Assembly: GCF_030028105.1 (NCBI RefSeq)
Contig: NC_092376.1
Location: 116,620,230-116,684,229, forward strand
Source of the DNA: Mobula birostris
Lineage: Eukaryota
DNA length: 64,000 nt
Direction: 5' to 3'
Under the pieces are notes generated by a model. That model was not told the DNA's origin and did not search any database. It saw nothing but the letters and a program-made list of their open reading frames with translations. The translations under genes and the position numbers were made by a program. This document shows positions 11,516 to 23,401 of this stretch, one piece after another. The first letter of the stretch is position 1, and each line of letters opens with the position of its first letter.

Positions 11516-13566
11516 AATTGTAATAAAGGGAAATATGAGGCTACCAGGCAGGAACTTGGAAGCATAAATTGGTAACAGGTGTTCTCAGGGAAATGTACGA
11601 AAAAAATGTGGTAAATGTTCAGGGGATATTTTCATGGAATTCTGCATAGGTACATTCCAATGAGACAGGGAAAGGATGGTAGAGTACAGGAACCATGGTG
11701 TACAAAGGCTGTTGTAAATCTAGTCAAGAAGGGAAAGAAAAGCTTACGAAAGTTTCAAAATACTGGTAATGATAGAGTCCAGAAGATTATAAGGCTAGCA
11801 GGAAGGATAAGAAGTGAGAGAATAGGACCAATCAAGTGTGGCAGTGGAAAAGTGTGTATGGAACCAGAGGAGATAGCAGAGGTACTTACTAAATACTTTG
11901 CTTCAGTATTCACTATGGAAAAGGATCTTGGTGATTGTAGAGATGACTTAAAATGGACTGAAAAGCTTGAGCATGTAGATATTAAGGATGTGCTGGAGCT
12001 TTTGAAAAGCATCGAGTTGGATAATTCACCAGGACCAGATGAGATGTACGCCAGGCTACTGTGGGAGTCCAGGGAGGAGAGTGCTGAGCCTCTGGGGATG
12101 ATCTTTGCATCATCAATGGGGACGGGAGAGGTTCCAGAGGATTGGAGGGTTGCAAATGTTGTTCCTTTATTCAAGAAACAGAGTAGGGATAGCCCAGGAA
12201 ATTATAGACCAGTGGTTGATAAGTTGATGGAGAAGATCCTGAGAGGCAGGATTTATGAACATTTGGAGAGGCATAATATGATTAGGAATAGTCAGCATGG
12301 ATTTGTGAGAGGCAGGTCGTGCCTTACAAGCCCAACTGAATTTTTTGAGGATATGACTAAACACATTGATGATGGTAGAGCAGTAGATGTAGCGTATATG
12401 GATTTCAGCAAGGCATTTGATAAGGTACCCCATGCCAGGCTTATTGAGAAAGTAAGGAGGTATGATCCAAGGGGACATTGCTTTGTGGATCCGGAACTGG
12501 CTTTCCCACAGAAGGCAAAGAGTGGCTGTAGACGGGTGCTATTCTGCATGGAGGTCAGTGACCAGTGGTGTCCCTCAGGGGTCTGTTCTGGGACACCTAC
12601 TCTTTGTGATTTTTATAATGAACCGGATGAGGAAGCGGAGGGATGGGTTAGTAAATTTGCTGATGACACAAAGGTCAGGGTGTTGTAGATATTGTGGAGG
12701 GCTGCCAGAGTTTACAGTGGGACACTGATAGGAAGCAAAACTGGGCTGAGAAGTGTCAAATGGAGTTCAACCCAGATAAGTGAGAAGTGGTTCATTTTAG
12801 TTGGTCGAATATGATGGCAGATTGCAGTATTAATGGTAAGACTCTTGGCAGTGTGGAGGATCAGCGGGATCTTGGGTGCGAGTCCATAGGACACTCAAAT
12901 CTGCAGTGCAGATTGCCTCTGTGGTTAAGAAGGCATACGGTACATTGGCCTTCATCAATCGTGGAATTGAGTTTAGGAGCCGAGAGGTAATGTTGCAGCT
13001 ATATGGGACCCTGTTCAGACCCCACTTGGAGTACTGTGCTCAGTTCTGGTCGCTTCACTACAGGAAGGATGTGGAAAGCATAGAAAAGGTGCAGAGGAGA
13101 TTTATAAGGATGTTGTCTGGATTGGGGAGCATGCCTTATGAGAATAGATTGATGGAACTTGTCCTTTGCTTCTTGAAGCAAGGAAGGATGAGAGGTGACC
13201 TGATAGGCGTGTATAAGATGATGAGAGGCATTGATTGTGTGGATAGTCAGAGGCTTTCTCCCAGGGCTGAATTGGCTAGCATGAGAGGGCATAGTTTTGA
13301 GGTGCTTGGAAGTAGGTACAGAGGAGATGTCAGGGGTAAGTTTTTTATGTAGAGAGTGGTGAGTGCGTGGAATGTGCTGCCGGCGACAATGGTGGAGGCA
13401 GATCTGATAGGGTCTTTCAAGAGACCTGGATAGGTACATGGAATTTAGAAAAATAGAAGGCTATGGGTAACCCTAGGTAATATCTAAGGTAAGGACCTGT
13501 TCAGCACAGCTTTGTAGGCCGAAGGGTCTGTATTGTGCTGTAGGTTTTCTTACATTTCCATGTTCC
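11516..13566 (+). mobile_element. CR1-clade LINE (5'-truncated RT and 3' tail), unit-1-specific
   Basis: ORF 11615-12688 SPGPD, YMDFSKAFDKVPH, FADDTK; downstream RPHLEYC; empty site in unit 2 at ~23450. Confidence 0.92.
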
Positions 13567-14019
13567 TACAATGTGAAAAAATTTAAAGCTTATCCATTCT
13601 AGTGCAATTAATAGGAAAGTAACTAGTTATTAAATGGAGAGTGATTACGTAATGTTAAAGTTTATAGAGACCAAGGTCTGATGTAGGTGCAAATAGTCGA
13701 TTGCAATTTACAAGAGAATCTGAATACAGCAATGAGCAAGTCTTGCTGTACTTGTAAAATGACTTGGCAAAAGCACCCAAGAGTATATTGGACAGTTTTG
13801 ACCTCTTACCTAAGAAAGGATGTACTTGCTACAGGCAGAGTGCAATAATGATTCAGGATTGGTAGGTTTTCAAAATGAGAAGATATTGAGTAGACTGGGA
13901 TTTTACTTTCTTCAGCTTCAACAAAGAGAAAAAATCCTTCAAGAACCTGGCAGAAAAAAATGTAAGGAGGCTGTTTTCCCTGCCTGAGGAACCTAGAACT
14001 TGAGACAGGCCAGCAAAGC

Positions 14020-14160
14020 TTACATGAGAAATGAGAAAATCTGCTGATGCTGGAAATCGAAGGAGTGCACATAAAATGCTGGAGGTACTCCGCAGGCCAG
14101 GCAGCATCTATAGAAATCAGTACAGTTGATGGCTTGGGCCAATACCTTTCATCAGAACTG
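14020..14160 (-). mobile_element. Penelope pLTR fragment with decayed hammerhead (paralog ~23905-24055)
   Basis: aaaatgctggaggtactccgcaggccaggcagcatct; minus-strand CTGATGA core lacks GAAA. Confidence 0.7.
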
Positions 14161-14164
14161 TACA

Positions 14165-14755
14165 TGCCATAAGACTATAAGACATAGGAGCAGAATGAGG
14201 CCATTCAGCCCATTGAGTCTGCTTCACCATTCTATCATGGCTGATCCCAGATACTGCTCAACCCCATACACCTGCCTGCTCACCGTATCCTTTGGTGCCC
14301 TGATCAATCTGGAAACAATCAACTTCCACCTTAAATATACACACAGACATGGCCTCCACTGCAGTCTGTGGCAGAGTATTCCACAGATTTACTGCTCTCT
14401 GGCTAAAAAAATTCCTGCTTACCTCTGTTCTAAAGGGTCACTCCTCATTCATGAGGCTGTGCCCTACAGTTCTGGATACTCCCACCATAAGAAACATCGG
14501 CTCCACATCCACCTTACCTCATCCTTTCAACATTCTGTAGGTTTCAATTATATCTTCCCACATCTTTCTAAATTCCAGTGAGTACAGGCCCAAAGCTGCC
14601 AAATGCTCCTCACATGTCAACTCCTTGAATCCCGTAATCATCCCCATGAACCTCCTCTGGAATCTCTCCGATGACAACACATCCTTTCTGAGATAAGGGG
14701 CCCAAAACTGAGCCAATACTCTCAGTACAACCTGATTAGTATCTTGTAAAGCTCA
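14165..14755 (-). mobile_element. CR1 3' end shared by both units (paralog ~24060-24630)
   Basis: ORF 14519-14716 QFWAPYLRKDVLSSERFQRRF; tail ccataagactataagacatagg. Confidence 0.8.
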
Positions 14756-15189
14756 GCATAAGAAGATCTTTCTGTGGTCATGATCCTTTAGTCTGTAAAT
14801 GCACATTCTTCATATTTGTTCAAAACACAAATTGATAGATGTCTGGACATGGAGTCAAGGGATACAGGACAGTGGTGGAAAATAGCGCTGAGGTAGAAAC
14901 AAGATCAACCACATTCTGAATGAATGTTGGAACAGCCAGGAATGTCCAATGGACAACTGCTGCTTCTATTTGTTATGCTCCTATGACAGCAGCATTAACA
15001 CAGTTATTGACACCTGAAGCCCATTGTTCTGTGATGTATATCTGATGCAACACACAAAAGAATCTGACAATGCACTCTTAGTCCACATCACGTTGTACTG
15101 TCCTGCCGTTGTCATCCTGCACATTATCCATTCTATTGGATATACAACAGAGTGAATAATATCAGTATTCATTGTGGTATTTCTTATGT

Positions 15190-15495
15190 TCTCAGGGGCA
15201 GAAGAGGGCAGTTCAGCCCATCGAGATCATATCATCTGCCCCAGATTCCCATCGGATACATCCCTCATATCTCCCTAGAAACTTGGCTCCCGCCATTGTC
15301 CTGCCGTTAATTTACACTAGCGGCTGATTACGTTGACCGATTAATCTACCAACCTGTTCTTGCGATCTCAGAGCACCGGAGGAAGCAAGGAAGGACATAT
15401 GATTTCCGCACACTAAGCAGAGGAGCTCCCGATGGAACCAGAATCACAGGAGATCTGTGGAAAATGTACTAGCAGCTACACCACTATGCCGCCAT
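15190..15495 (-). mobile_element. tRNA-derived SINE in the intron after IgV, copy 1
   Basis: ggcggcatagtggtgtagc head; orthologous to copy 2 SINE, which keeps a B box. Confidence 0.55.
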
Positions 15496-15532
15496 TTCTG
15501 ACACAGAATCATGTAATAATTGAAATCCTTAC

Positions 15533-15813
15533 CGTCCAAAACCCAGAGATTCAAATTCGTTTTCAGATCATTAAACGGTCCCGGAATCTGCACACGGCAG
15601 CAATACCAGCCGCTATCTTCTCTCTGTAGATCATTTATAGTGAGCGACACATCTCCTGCCGCAATTCTACCACCAAATTTATATCTCTGGGATGTTACAG
15701 AAGTTACTCTGTCTCCATTTGTTCTAATCAACCCGTGGCCACAGGCGCTAAAAGGACACTGTCCCCAAACCCCAGCACATCTCACTTTTTACATATGTTC
15801 CGACAGAATAGCG
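15533..15813 (-). pseudogene. TIM IgV unit B (5'-truncated) of copy 1
   Basis: Starts at RYSV with no acceptor; +1 frameshift at WG; 3' part open: QCPFSACGHGLIRTNG...QREDSGWYCCRVQIPGPFNDLK...VLD with GTAAGG donor. Confidence 0.9.
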
Positions 15814-15870
15814 GCTACACCACTATGCCGCCATTTCTGACACAGAATCATGTAATATTGAGCTGCTTAC

Positions 15871-16218
15871 CATCCAAAACCCGGAGATTCAAATTCGTTT
15901 TCAGATTATTAAACGGTCCCGGAATCTCCACACGGCAGCAATACCAGCCGCTACCTTATCTCTCTAGATCATTTATAGTGAGCGACACATCTCCTGCCGC
16001 AATTCTACCACCAAGACTATATTTCTGGGATGTTACGGAAGTTACTCTGTCTCCACTTGTTCTGATCAGTTCATCTCCACAGTTCATAACATCACACTGT
16101 CCCCTACCCCAGCACATCGCACTTTTGACATATTTTCGGACAGAATAGCGGCACGGCAGTGTGATCGACTCTCCCGTGACTCCTCGCACGTTTGTCCCAG
16201 AGACGAAGGCGACTCGAC
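15871..16218 (-). pseudogene. TIM/HAVCR-family (HAVCR1/TIMD4-like) IgV exon A, copy 1, with premature stop
   Basis: tttcAG acceptor, GTAAG donor, 348 nt phase 1-1; ITLPCRYSV..MCWGRGQCDVMNC..GDVSLTINDLER*GSGWYCCRVEIPGPFNNLK; six-Cys TIM signature; TAA at 15956-15958. Confidence 0.92.
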
Positions 16219-16931
16219 CTGAAACAAACCAGGGAAAGAAAGTTACAGATGGCGCTGAATGAGATGATCAGACGGGTGAGCCCACAGTTTAGAAACCTGC
16301 CCGAGCAACGGCAATGTGATCCATTTTACCTGCCGGGCGGCATCTGAAGAATATTACGAAAATTCAAAGGGATGTGGATACTATTAGGTATTCCCGACAT
16401 TCTGAAACACCAATCCCTCAGCTGACCCGGAGTAGGATGTGGTGATCGACCAGCATTTCTGTAGTTTTGACAAAACCGATGGTCCTGCGGTATCATTTCA
16501 GAGAGCTGTTCTGTCACTAACACAGAAATAAGCAGGGAGGGACGAAGATCCGATTGTGATTTCGCGGATTGAAATCATTCTCCCCTCTTGCCATTTTGGA
16601 TCTGTGATTCATTTTCCCACTCACATACCCACTGTGCTCCCAAGCCTTCACCGCAATGATCGGGGATATTCCGAGCTTTGGTCTTGTTTCATGGTCCATT
16701 CAGATCAGCACTGATCAGTCCTGCAAGTTTACTCACCCCGTCAGTTCACCCCGCGCCCCCCCCCGGCCATTGATCAACAAAAACCGGCAGCGCCGGGCAT
16801 CACTCAGGGTCTCGGCTGTATCCCTCCCGGGTCCCTCACTCAAACACAGTCTCCGTCTCAACTACTGCGTCCAAGAAGTTAAAACAACAAGATTGAACAA
16901 AATAATTCAATTCCTGCTTTCAGAAACGTAC

Positions 16932-16983
16932 CGAACAGAAGTAACATTATTAACAAATGAGCCACAACGCCAGTAACAGCCAT
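16932..16983 (-). CDS. Signal-peptide exon 1 of TIM copy 1
   Basis: ATG at 16983, MAVTGVVAHLLIMLLLF+G, GTACGT donor, phase 1 joins the IgV exon in frame. Confidence 0.85.
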
Positions 16984-17184
16984 CGCTCCGGACACTGTGG
17001 CGGCCGCTCTCCGTGTCGCTGCAGCAGATGCTGCGGCTGCGAGTTAAACTGTTGCTTCCGGCTTATCGTGGACAAGTGTTCCTTCCACAGAAGCGGAGAA
17101 ATGAGGCAAATGTTACCAAACACTCGGCTCCTCCCCGGTGTTTCCATCAAAGTCTAAACGTGCACGGATTTCCTTCAATGTTGC

Positions 17185-17194
17185 TTTCAGTTCC
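17185..17194 (-). promoter_or_regulatory. Possible ETS-IRF composite element (GGAAnnGAAA) upstream of TIM copy 1
   Basis: GGAACTGAAA on minus strand ~200 nt upstream of ATG in a CpG-rich stretch; short motif, could be chance. Confidence 0.25.
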
Positions 17195-17534
17195 CGGTTT
17201 TGAGATAAATTAGTTCTTCCGATCACAGATGTGACGCGACATCGACAGAAATTCGTGTCTGAAATGTCCATCAGTAACACGAATGGGCAAATTGCCAAGT
17301 ATCCAACTGGCTGTTCGAACTGCTGGGTCGCTGGTCTGGTTGAGTCCTGTCATTTCGTGTCACGTTTCAATGCTTCGTACCTGAACGGAACGGAGGGTGA
17401 AGTAGAGAGTGAGTGAGAGATCAAGAGACCCAGATTCTGTTGAAACCATTTTCTGTTGAAACACAAGCCTGTTCTGCACTGGTAGTCTAAATTTGGTCTG
17501 TCAACCCAGTTCAAGACTGGAGTCAAGGTCATTT

Positions 17535-17797
17535 CATTCCACTGAGATGCAATACAGAGCGTCATAGGAAGTCATTCCTGCCTGTGGCCATCAAACTTTA
17601 CAACTCCTCCCTTGGAGGGTCAGACACCCTGAGCCAATAGGCTGGTCCTGGACTTATTTCCTGGCATAATTTACATATTACTATTTAATTATTTATGGTT
17701 TTATATTGCTATATTTATACTCTATTCTTGGTTGGGGCAACTGTAACAAAAATCAATTTCCCTCGGGATCAATGAAGTATGACTATGACTATGACTA
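17535..17797 (+). mobile_element. Short LINE 3' tail (Rex1/L2-like) with (gactat)n end, unit-2-specific
   Basis: Absent from paralogous site at ~8830; ends atgaagtatgactatgactatgactat. Confidence 0.6.
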
Positions 17798-18818
17798 TTT
17801 GTTGGTGAGGAGTGAAGGTACTTTCACTCTCTGTCCGACTGTGAAGAGGCTTAATGGTGACTCAAGAGTCTCTGAACTGCAAACTGCAAATTATTCAATC
17901 ATGCTGTAATAAGCACTGACACTGGGAGTGATACTGGTGCTGTGGTCAGACCTGGTACTAGGGATGACTACTTCAGATGTCTGGTGCACTTCCCAAGCAG
18001 CTCATAGGTAAAGCTGAGATGAAGATCAGACCCCAGTAATTGGGAGGGACTGATATGAAGAAGAAATATCAAGGAGTTGGGGAGGCAGTGGGAGATGAGG
18101 AAGTGATCGGAAGCAAGGAGTGTGAGAAAGGGTAGGCAGGGAAAATGAACCATGATAATGGCCAGAAAGAGATGAACAGAAACAACAGAACGAGACTGAT
18201 TTGCCCTTTCCAGGCTATTCAGTTATTTTTCATGCAGAACAACTGTAATTAAATGTAATGTAGGGACTGATAATTATTTATATTCAATCATTAAAGGTAA
18301 AAAAAAATCTGGCAGAAAGAATTGAACATAACACTAAAGGATGGAGGTATTGGGATGATGATTTACAGAAGGGTCAAAGTGATACCAAGAAAAAGAAGCT
18401 CAATGCCCCAGATCCAGGCTGCAGATATATATTCATTCTGTCTCAGATTACTGTGCCTCCAATTTATGAGAAACAATGATAAGTGAGCAATTTCCAGATG
18501 AGAGTAAATGTCTGAACACTGGGTGATGCAAAGGGCTGTTCAGATATATTCTGACCAAATGGACCACCAATGTGTTCAAACAATGACTTTATCTTGAACT
18601 CTCCAAATATATTGAGCATTCACTACATTGAAGGCTGGGGGAAGAGTGACGTGAATAGCTGTCTGTGACTCCAGTTATTAATTGTTCTCTCTTTTTGGCA
18701 GGTATGTCCTTTCATTGTTAAGAAACCAGAACTCTCCACTACCTGCCCAGTGCAGTCTTGCCAAGACTCTGTACAACTACAGTATGACTCTGTGACTCCT
18801 ATGTTTAAAGCTTCTAAT

Positions 18819-19365
18819 GTTTAAAACTCTGGTTAGGCCACACTTGGAGTACTGTGTCCAGTTCTGGTCACCTCACTGTAGGAAGGATGTGGAAGCATTG
18901 GAAAGGGTACAGAGGAGATTTACCAGGAATGCTGCCTGGTTTAGAAAGTATGCATTATGATCAGAGATTAAGAGAGCTAGGGCTTTACTCTTTGGAGAGA
19001 AGGAGGATGAGAGGAGACATGATAGACGTGTACAAGATAATAAGAGGAATAGATAGAGTGGATAGCCAGCACCCCTTCCCCAGGGCACCACTGCTCAATA
19101 CAAGAGGACATGGCTTTAAGGTAAGGGGTGGGAAGTTCAAGGGGGATATTAGAGGAAGGTTTTTTACTCAGAGAGTGGTTGGTGCATGGAATGCACTGCC
19201 TGAGTCAGTGGTGGAGGCAGATACACTAGTGAAGTTTAAGAGACTACTGGACAGGTATATGGAGGAATTTAAGGTGGGTGCTTATATGGGAGGCAGGGTT
19301 TGAGGGTCGGCACAACATTGTGGGCCAAAAGGCCTGTACTGTGCTGTATTATTCTATGTTCTATA
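18819..19365 (+). mobile_element. CR1 3' end, unit-2-specific
   Basis: ORF 18854-19303 LYSLERRRMRGD...FTQRVVGAWNALP; tail ctgtattattctatgttcta; empty site at ~9855. Confidence 0.9.
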
Positions 19366-19548
19366 ATAATAAATGGTAACTTATTATTTGCACCTGGAGA
19401 GTCTCTTGAAGAGATGTGAGTATCATCACACCTTGTTTCTAATGTTCAGCACCATCCAATCACTTAGCATTTAAGTAAAATTACTTTTACATTATCAGCA
19501 CTAAAATGATGATCTCCCATATGTCTTCATTGGGTTCCATCTGCCAAG

Positions 19549-21748
19549 TGTCGTAGACTAGTCTGTGAAGTCTGCATTCCGGTTCACGGCCCGGTCCATC
19601 GATCCTTGTTCTGGGTTTTCCTGTTTTCTCTCTTGTTCTGTTGGGTGCTTTAATTGAGGCATCTGATTCTCATTTCGGTCTGACACATAAATACCTCTGC
19701 AAACCAGGGATTGTTTGCTGGACTGTTCCCTTCCCTTCCCCTTCCTTCTGAAGCCTTTGCCTACAACCTTCACCTGATGCCTCACCTGCAACCTCGCCTG
19801 CATCCTTGCCTGTTATGCTGTCAGGTTCAACCGCCAGAGCAAGACCAGGGCCTTGCTGTGTCAAAATAAGGAACAGTCTGTCATTGTTTGGAATTGTCTC
19901 TTTGGGTCCTCGCCTTCGCTAGGTAGGTCCGGCCGTTTGCCACTACCTTGTGTTGGGAATTGTCTCTTTGTGTCCTGACCTCCGCTGGGTAGGCCCGGCC
20001 ACTTGCTGCTACCCTGAGTGAAGAACTGTCTCTTTGTGTTCAGTGTTTTGTGCATAGAAAGCGCCCCGGCCCTTGGTCCTATTCCCAAGGAGGGGGCCCT
20101 GGCTCTGTGTACTGTGTACGAGTCCCGGCCCTACATCCTGCTCCCAAGGAGGGGTCTTGGCTCTGTGCTCCATGATCCAAGTCCAAGGCTCCGAGGTTCC
20201 TGAGTTCCAAGCCCAAAGCTCCTGGGTTCCTGAGTTTCAAGCCCAAGGCTCCGAGGTTCCTGAGTTCCACGCCCAAGGCTCTGAGGTTCCTGAGTTCCAA
20301 GCCCAAGGCTCTTAGGTTCCTGAGTTTCAAGCCCAAGGCTCCGAGGTTCCTGAGTTTTAAGCCCAAGGCTCCGAGGTTCCTGAGTTCCAACTCCAAGATC
20401 CAGGGTTCCTAGTCCCAACCAAGGCCCAGGTTCTGGGTCCTTGTCCAGGCTCTAGTTCCGGAGTCCTGGGTTCCTAGTCCAGGTTCATTTTTCCTAATTC
20501 CTTGTCCGGGTTCCATGTTTCTTGTCCACGTCCTAGCCCAGGCCCTGCATCCTAGTCTCATCCAGGGCCTGCGTCAATGTCCAGTGTCCTTTCTTCCCCA
20601 CTTCCCTTGTTTTCTTGACACACCAAGTCCTGCTCCTAGTACTTCAGTGTCTGTGTCTTGCATTTGGGTCCGCCACCAACGCCCCCTGGATGACAGAACA
20701 GTCCTGTCAAGCATGGACCAAGTGACACGGACACTGTTGTTTTACTCTCGCCATTCTGGCTTCCCTCCTGTTGTCCGCCCTCCCCCAACCACCCGTGTAG
20801 TCCATCGTCTGGTGAAGCCTTTTGGGTCACCAGGAGGCTCCCATGGAGGGGTGGATACTGTCATGGTCCGGTCCATGAAGTTTACATTCCAGTTCGCGGC
20901 CCGGTCCATAGATCCTTTTCCAGGTTTTCCTGTTTTCTCCCTTGTTCTGTTGGGTGCTTTAATTCAGGCATCTGATTTTCATTTCAGTCTGGCACATAAA
21001 TCCCTCCGCAAATCAGAGACTGTTTGCTGGATTGTTCCCTTCCCTTCCCCTTTCACCTGAACCCTCGCCTGTAATGCCGTCAGGTTCAACCGCCAGAGCA
21101 AGACCGGGGCCTTGCTGTGTCAAGATAAGGAACAGTCTGTCATTGTTTGGAATAGCCTCTTTGTGTCCTCGCCTTCGCTAGGTAGGTCCGTCCATTTGCC
21201 GCTTCCTTAAGGTGAGAACTGTCTCTGTTTCCGCGCCTTCGCTACGTAGGTCCGGCCATTTGCCACTACCCTGAGTGGAGAACTGTCTCTGTGCTCAGTG
21301 TATTGTGTACAGAAAGAGCCCTGACCCTTGCTCCTTTTCCCAAGGAGGGGATCCTGGCTCTGTGTGTTGTGTACGAGCCCCGGCCCTTGGTCCTTTTCCC
21401 AAGGAGGGATCCCGGTTCTGTGTTCCATATTCCTGAGTTCCAAGCCCAAGGCTCTGAGGTTCCTAGTCCCAACCAAGACCCAGGTTCTGAGTCCTTGTCC
21501 AGGCTCTAGTTCTGGAGTCCCGTGTCCCCAGTCCAGGATTCTAGATCCTAGTTCCTTGTCCGGGTTCCGTGTTTCTTGTCCATGTCCTAGCCCAGGCCCT
21601 GCATCCTAGTCTCATCCAGGGCCTGTGTCAATGTCCAGCGCCCTTTCTTCCCACTTCCCTTGCTTTCTTGACACACCGAGTCCTGTTCCTAGTACTTCAG
21701 TATCTGTGTCTTGCATTTGGGTCCACCACCAATGCCCCCCAGATGACA
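19549..21748 (+). mobile_element. TRIM-like internally deleted Gypsy-type LTR element
   Basis: LTR1 19549-20695 and LTR2 20859-21748, both TGTC...GACA; 163-bp internal part; PPT-like ggaggggtggatac; 5-bp TSD CCAAG (19544-19548, 21749-21753). Confidence 0.88.
20183..20392. repeat. 30-bp minisatellite (7 copies) inside LTR1
   Basis: Unit ccaaggctccgaggttcctgagttccaagc; gives the 10-aa periodic ORFs in the track. Confidence 0.9.
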
Positions 21749-22347
21749 CCAAGTTCTTGAAGTATCACTGAGCTTCTTCATTAAACATTGTGGACATGTT
21801 TCCACAAGGTAATGAAATCAGGATTACTTCTATCTATGTCACTGATTTGTTTACCTTGTTGCAAATTCTATGAACAGACACAATATCATTATTATTGTCA
21901 TATTATGTCTTTCTGTATTTTCTTGACTTTGATTATCTTTAAGAACAAGAAATTAACTCAATTCCTAAACAACTGGTAATCAACTGAATAAATCTACAAT
22001 CAGGATCTACATCTGATCATCACCACGTCACTGTCTGTGACAGGTACCCCAATGGCTGCTCAGTGCTAAAAGCACTCTATTAAATGCAAGTCTTATTTTC
22101 ACTTTAACGGCAAACATTCCCAGCCTGCCTTATGCAAATATCTTCACCAAATCTTAAGGCTCTAAACATAAACATTTCAATTAAAATCAATTTCAAGGCA
22201 TACCTGTTAACTTTTATAATCAGCAGTGCAGTTTATCCAAACAAAACACATTGATATCAGAGATCTGAGTATCAGAGTATCTAAGTATCAACACATTGAT
22301 ATCAGAGTAAGCAACATCATTTCCATTGTGTGTAATGAAACACTTAC

Positions 22348-22374
22348 TTGTGCTTAACAGAGCTGTGTGCTTGT
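22348..22374 (-). CDS. Candidate 27-nt micro-exon of TIM copy 2
   Basis: acacAG ... GTAAGT; phase-1 reading DKHTALLST. Confidence 0.4.
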
Positions 22375-23303
22375 CTGTGTCGCAGAATAAACATTAAATT
22401 TATTTTTATGTTTTTCAATGCTTGTCATGCAATTTCATTCACTTCAAGCTTATACAACTTGTAGAAAAGATTAGGGAGAACTGGTGGATAGTAAGCATTT
22501 AGACCATTGGAAGATCTTTAAACTGCCACAGTTAGACTTGATTAGAACACATTGGATTGGGGTTAATTCAGATATTTGCATTGTTTAACAGAGTAAACAG
22601 AGACGGAATAAGCTTGGGTTGTGAAACTGCAAGTGGTAGAATTCCATAGTCATAGGGTTGGACCCTCTTCTCTTCATAACATATATCAAAGACTTAGCTC
22701 AAGGGTAACATTTCCAAGATTTAATAATAGCTAATTAACTGTGTGAGATTTACAGAGAATGCAAGGAGAAATCAGCGGAAAAGAGAAGACTGGCTAAATA
22801 GACAAGGAGATGACAAATAGAATATCATGTGGAGAAATGTGACATGATCCACTTCAGTAGGAACATCAGAAAAACAGATTTTTGTTATATGTTGAGTGCT
22901 TGGATATTCAAGGAATCTGGGTGTCTGTGTACATGTCACTGAAAGCTTAGTAAGCCAATAGGCAGATAAAAAAGACTTGATCAGAAGAAATAAATGTTCA
23001 TTCATTGATTCCAGGTAAACAGATATTGGTCTTTACACAGATGTTCAGCACACAACATAGCTTAGATGAATAGGGGGAGAGCTGATTGAAATGTATAAAA
23101 TTCTGAGAGGGCTTCAAAGGGCAGGTGTAAGAGATACTTTGCCTGTAGGAATCATCATCTCAAAGTAAGGCATCATCATTCAGGACTGAGATGCAATGAA
23201 ATATATGAGGGAACAAGTTATATATTTTGAATTTTCCAATACTGTAAGAACAAGAGGGATTGGGTGCACAAAGCAGGATGTGAAGAGGTTGCAAGGTTAT
23301 ATA

Positions 23304-23401
23304 AGCAACACACACAAAAAATGCTGCCTGGCCTGCTGCGTTCACCAACATCTTTTGTGTGTGTTGCTTGAATTTCCAGCATCTGCAGATTTCCTCATGT
23401 T
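23304..23401. mobile_element. Fold-back Penelope pLTR mini-insertion, unit-2-specific
   Basis: 17-bp inverted repeat 23303-23319 / 23353-23369; direct repeat aaggttatataa at 23293-23304 and 23402-23413. Confidence 0.75.

Larger units (their letters stand above)
8463..17160 (-). repeat. Segmental duplication unit 1 of the TIM cluster
   Basis: Collinear with ~17161-27191 (e.g. 8463 to 17163, 10601 to 22348, 14761 to ~24633, 16983 to 27178) once unit-specific TE insertions are removed. Confidence 0.9.

Noticed and set aside
15770-15800. Cryptic acceptor AAAAG|TG that would put IgV unit B in frame
   Set aside because: No polypyrimidine tract, and the upstream exon already carries a stop.
20073-20418. 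ORFs with 10-aa periodic repeats on both strands
   Set aside because: Translation of the 30-bp LTR minisatellite, not a protein gene.
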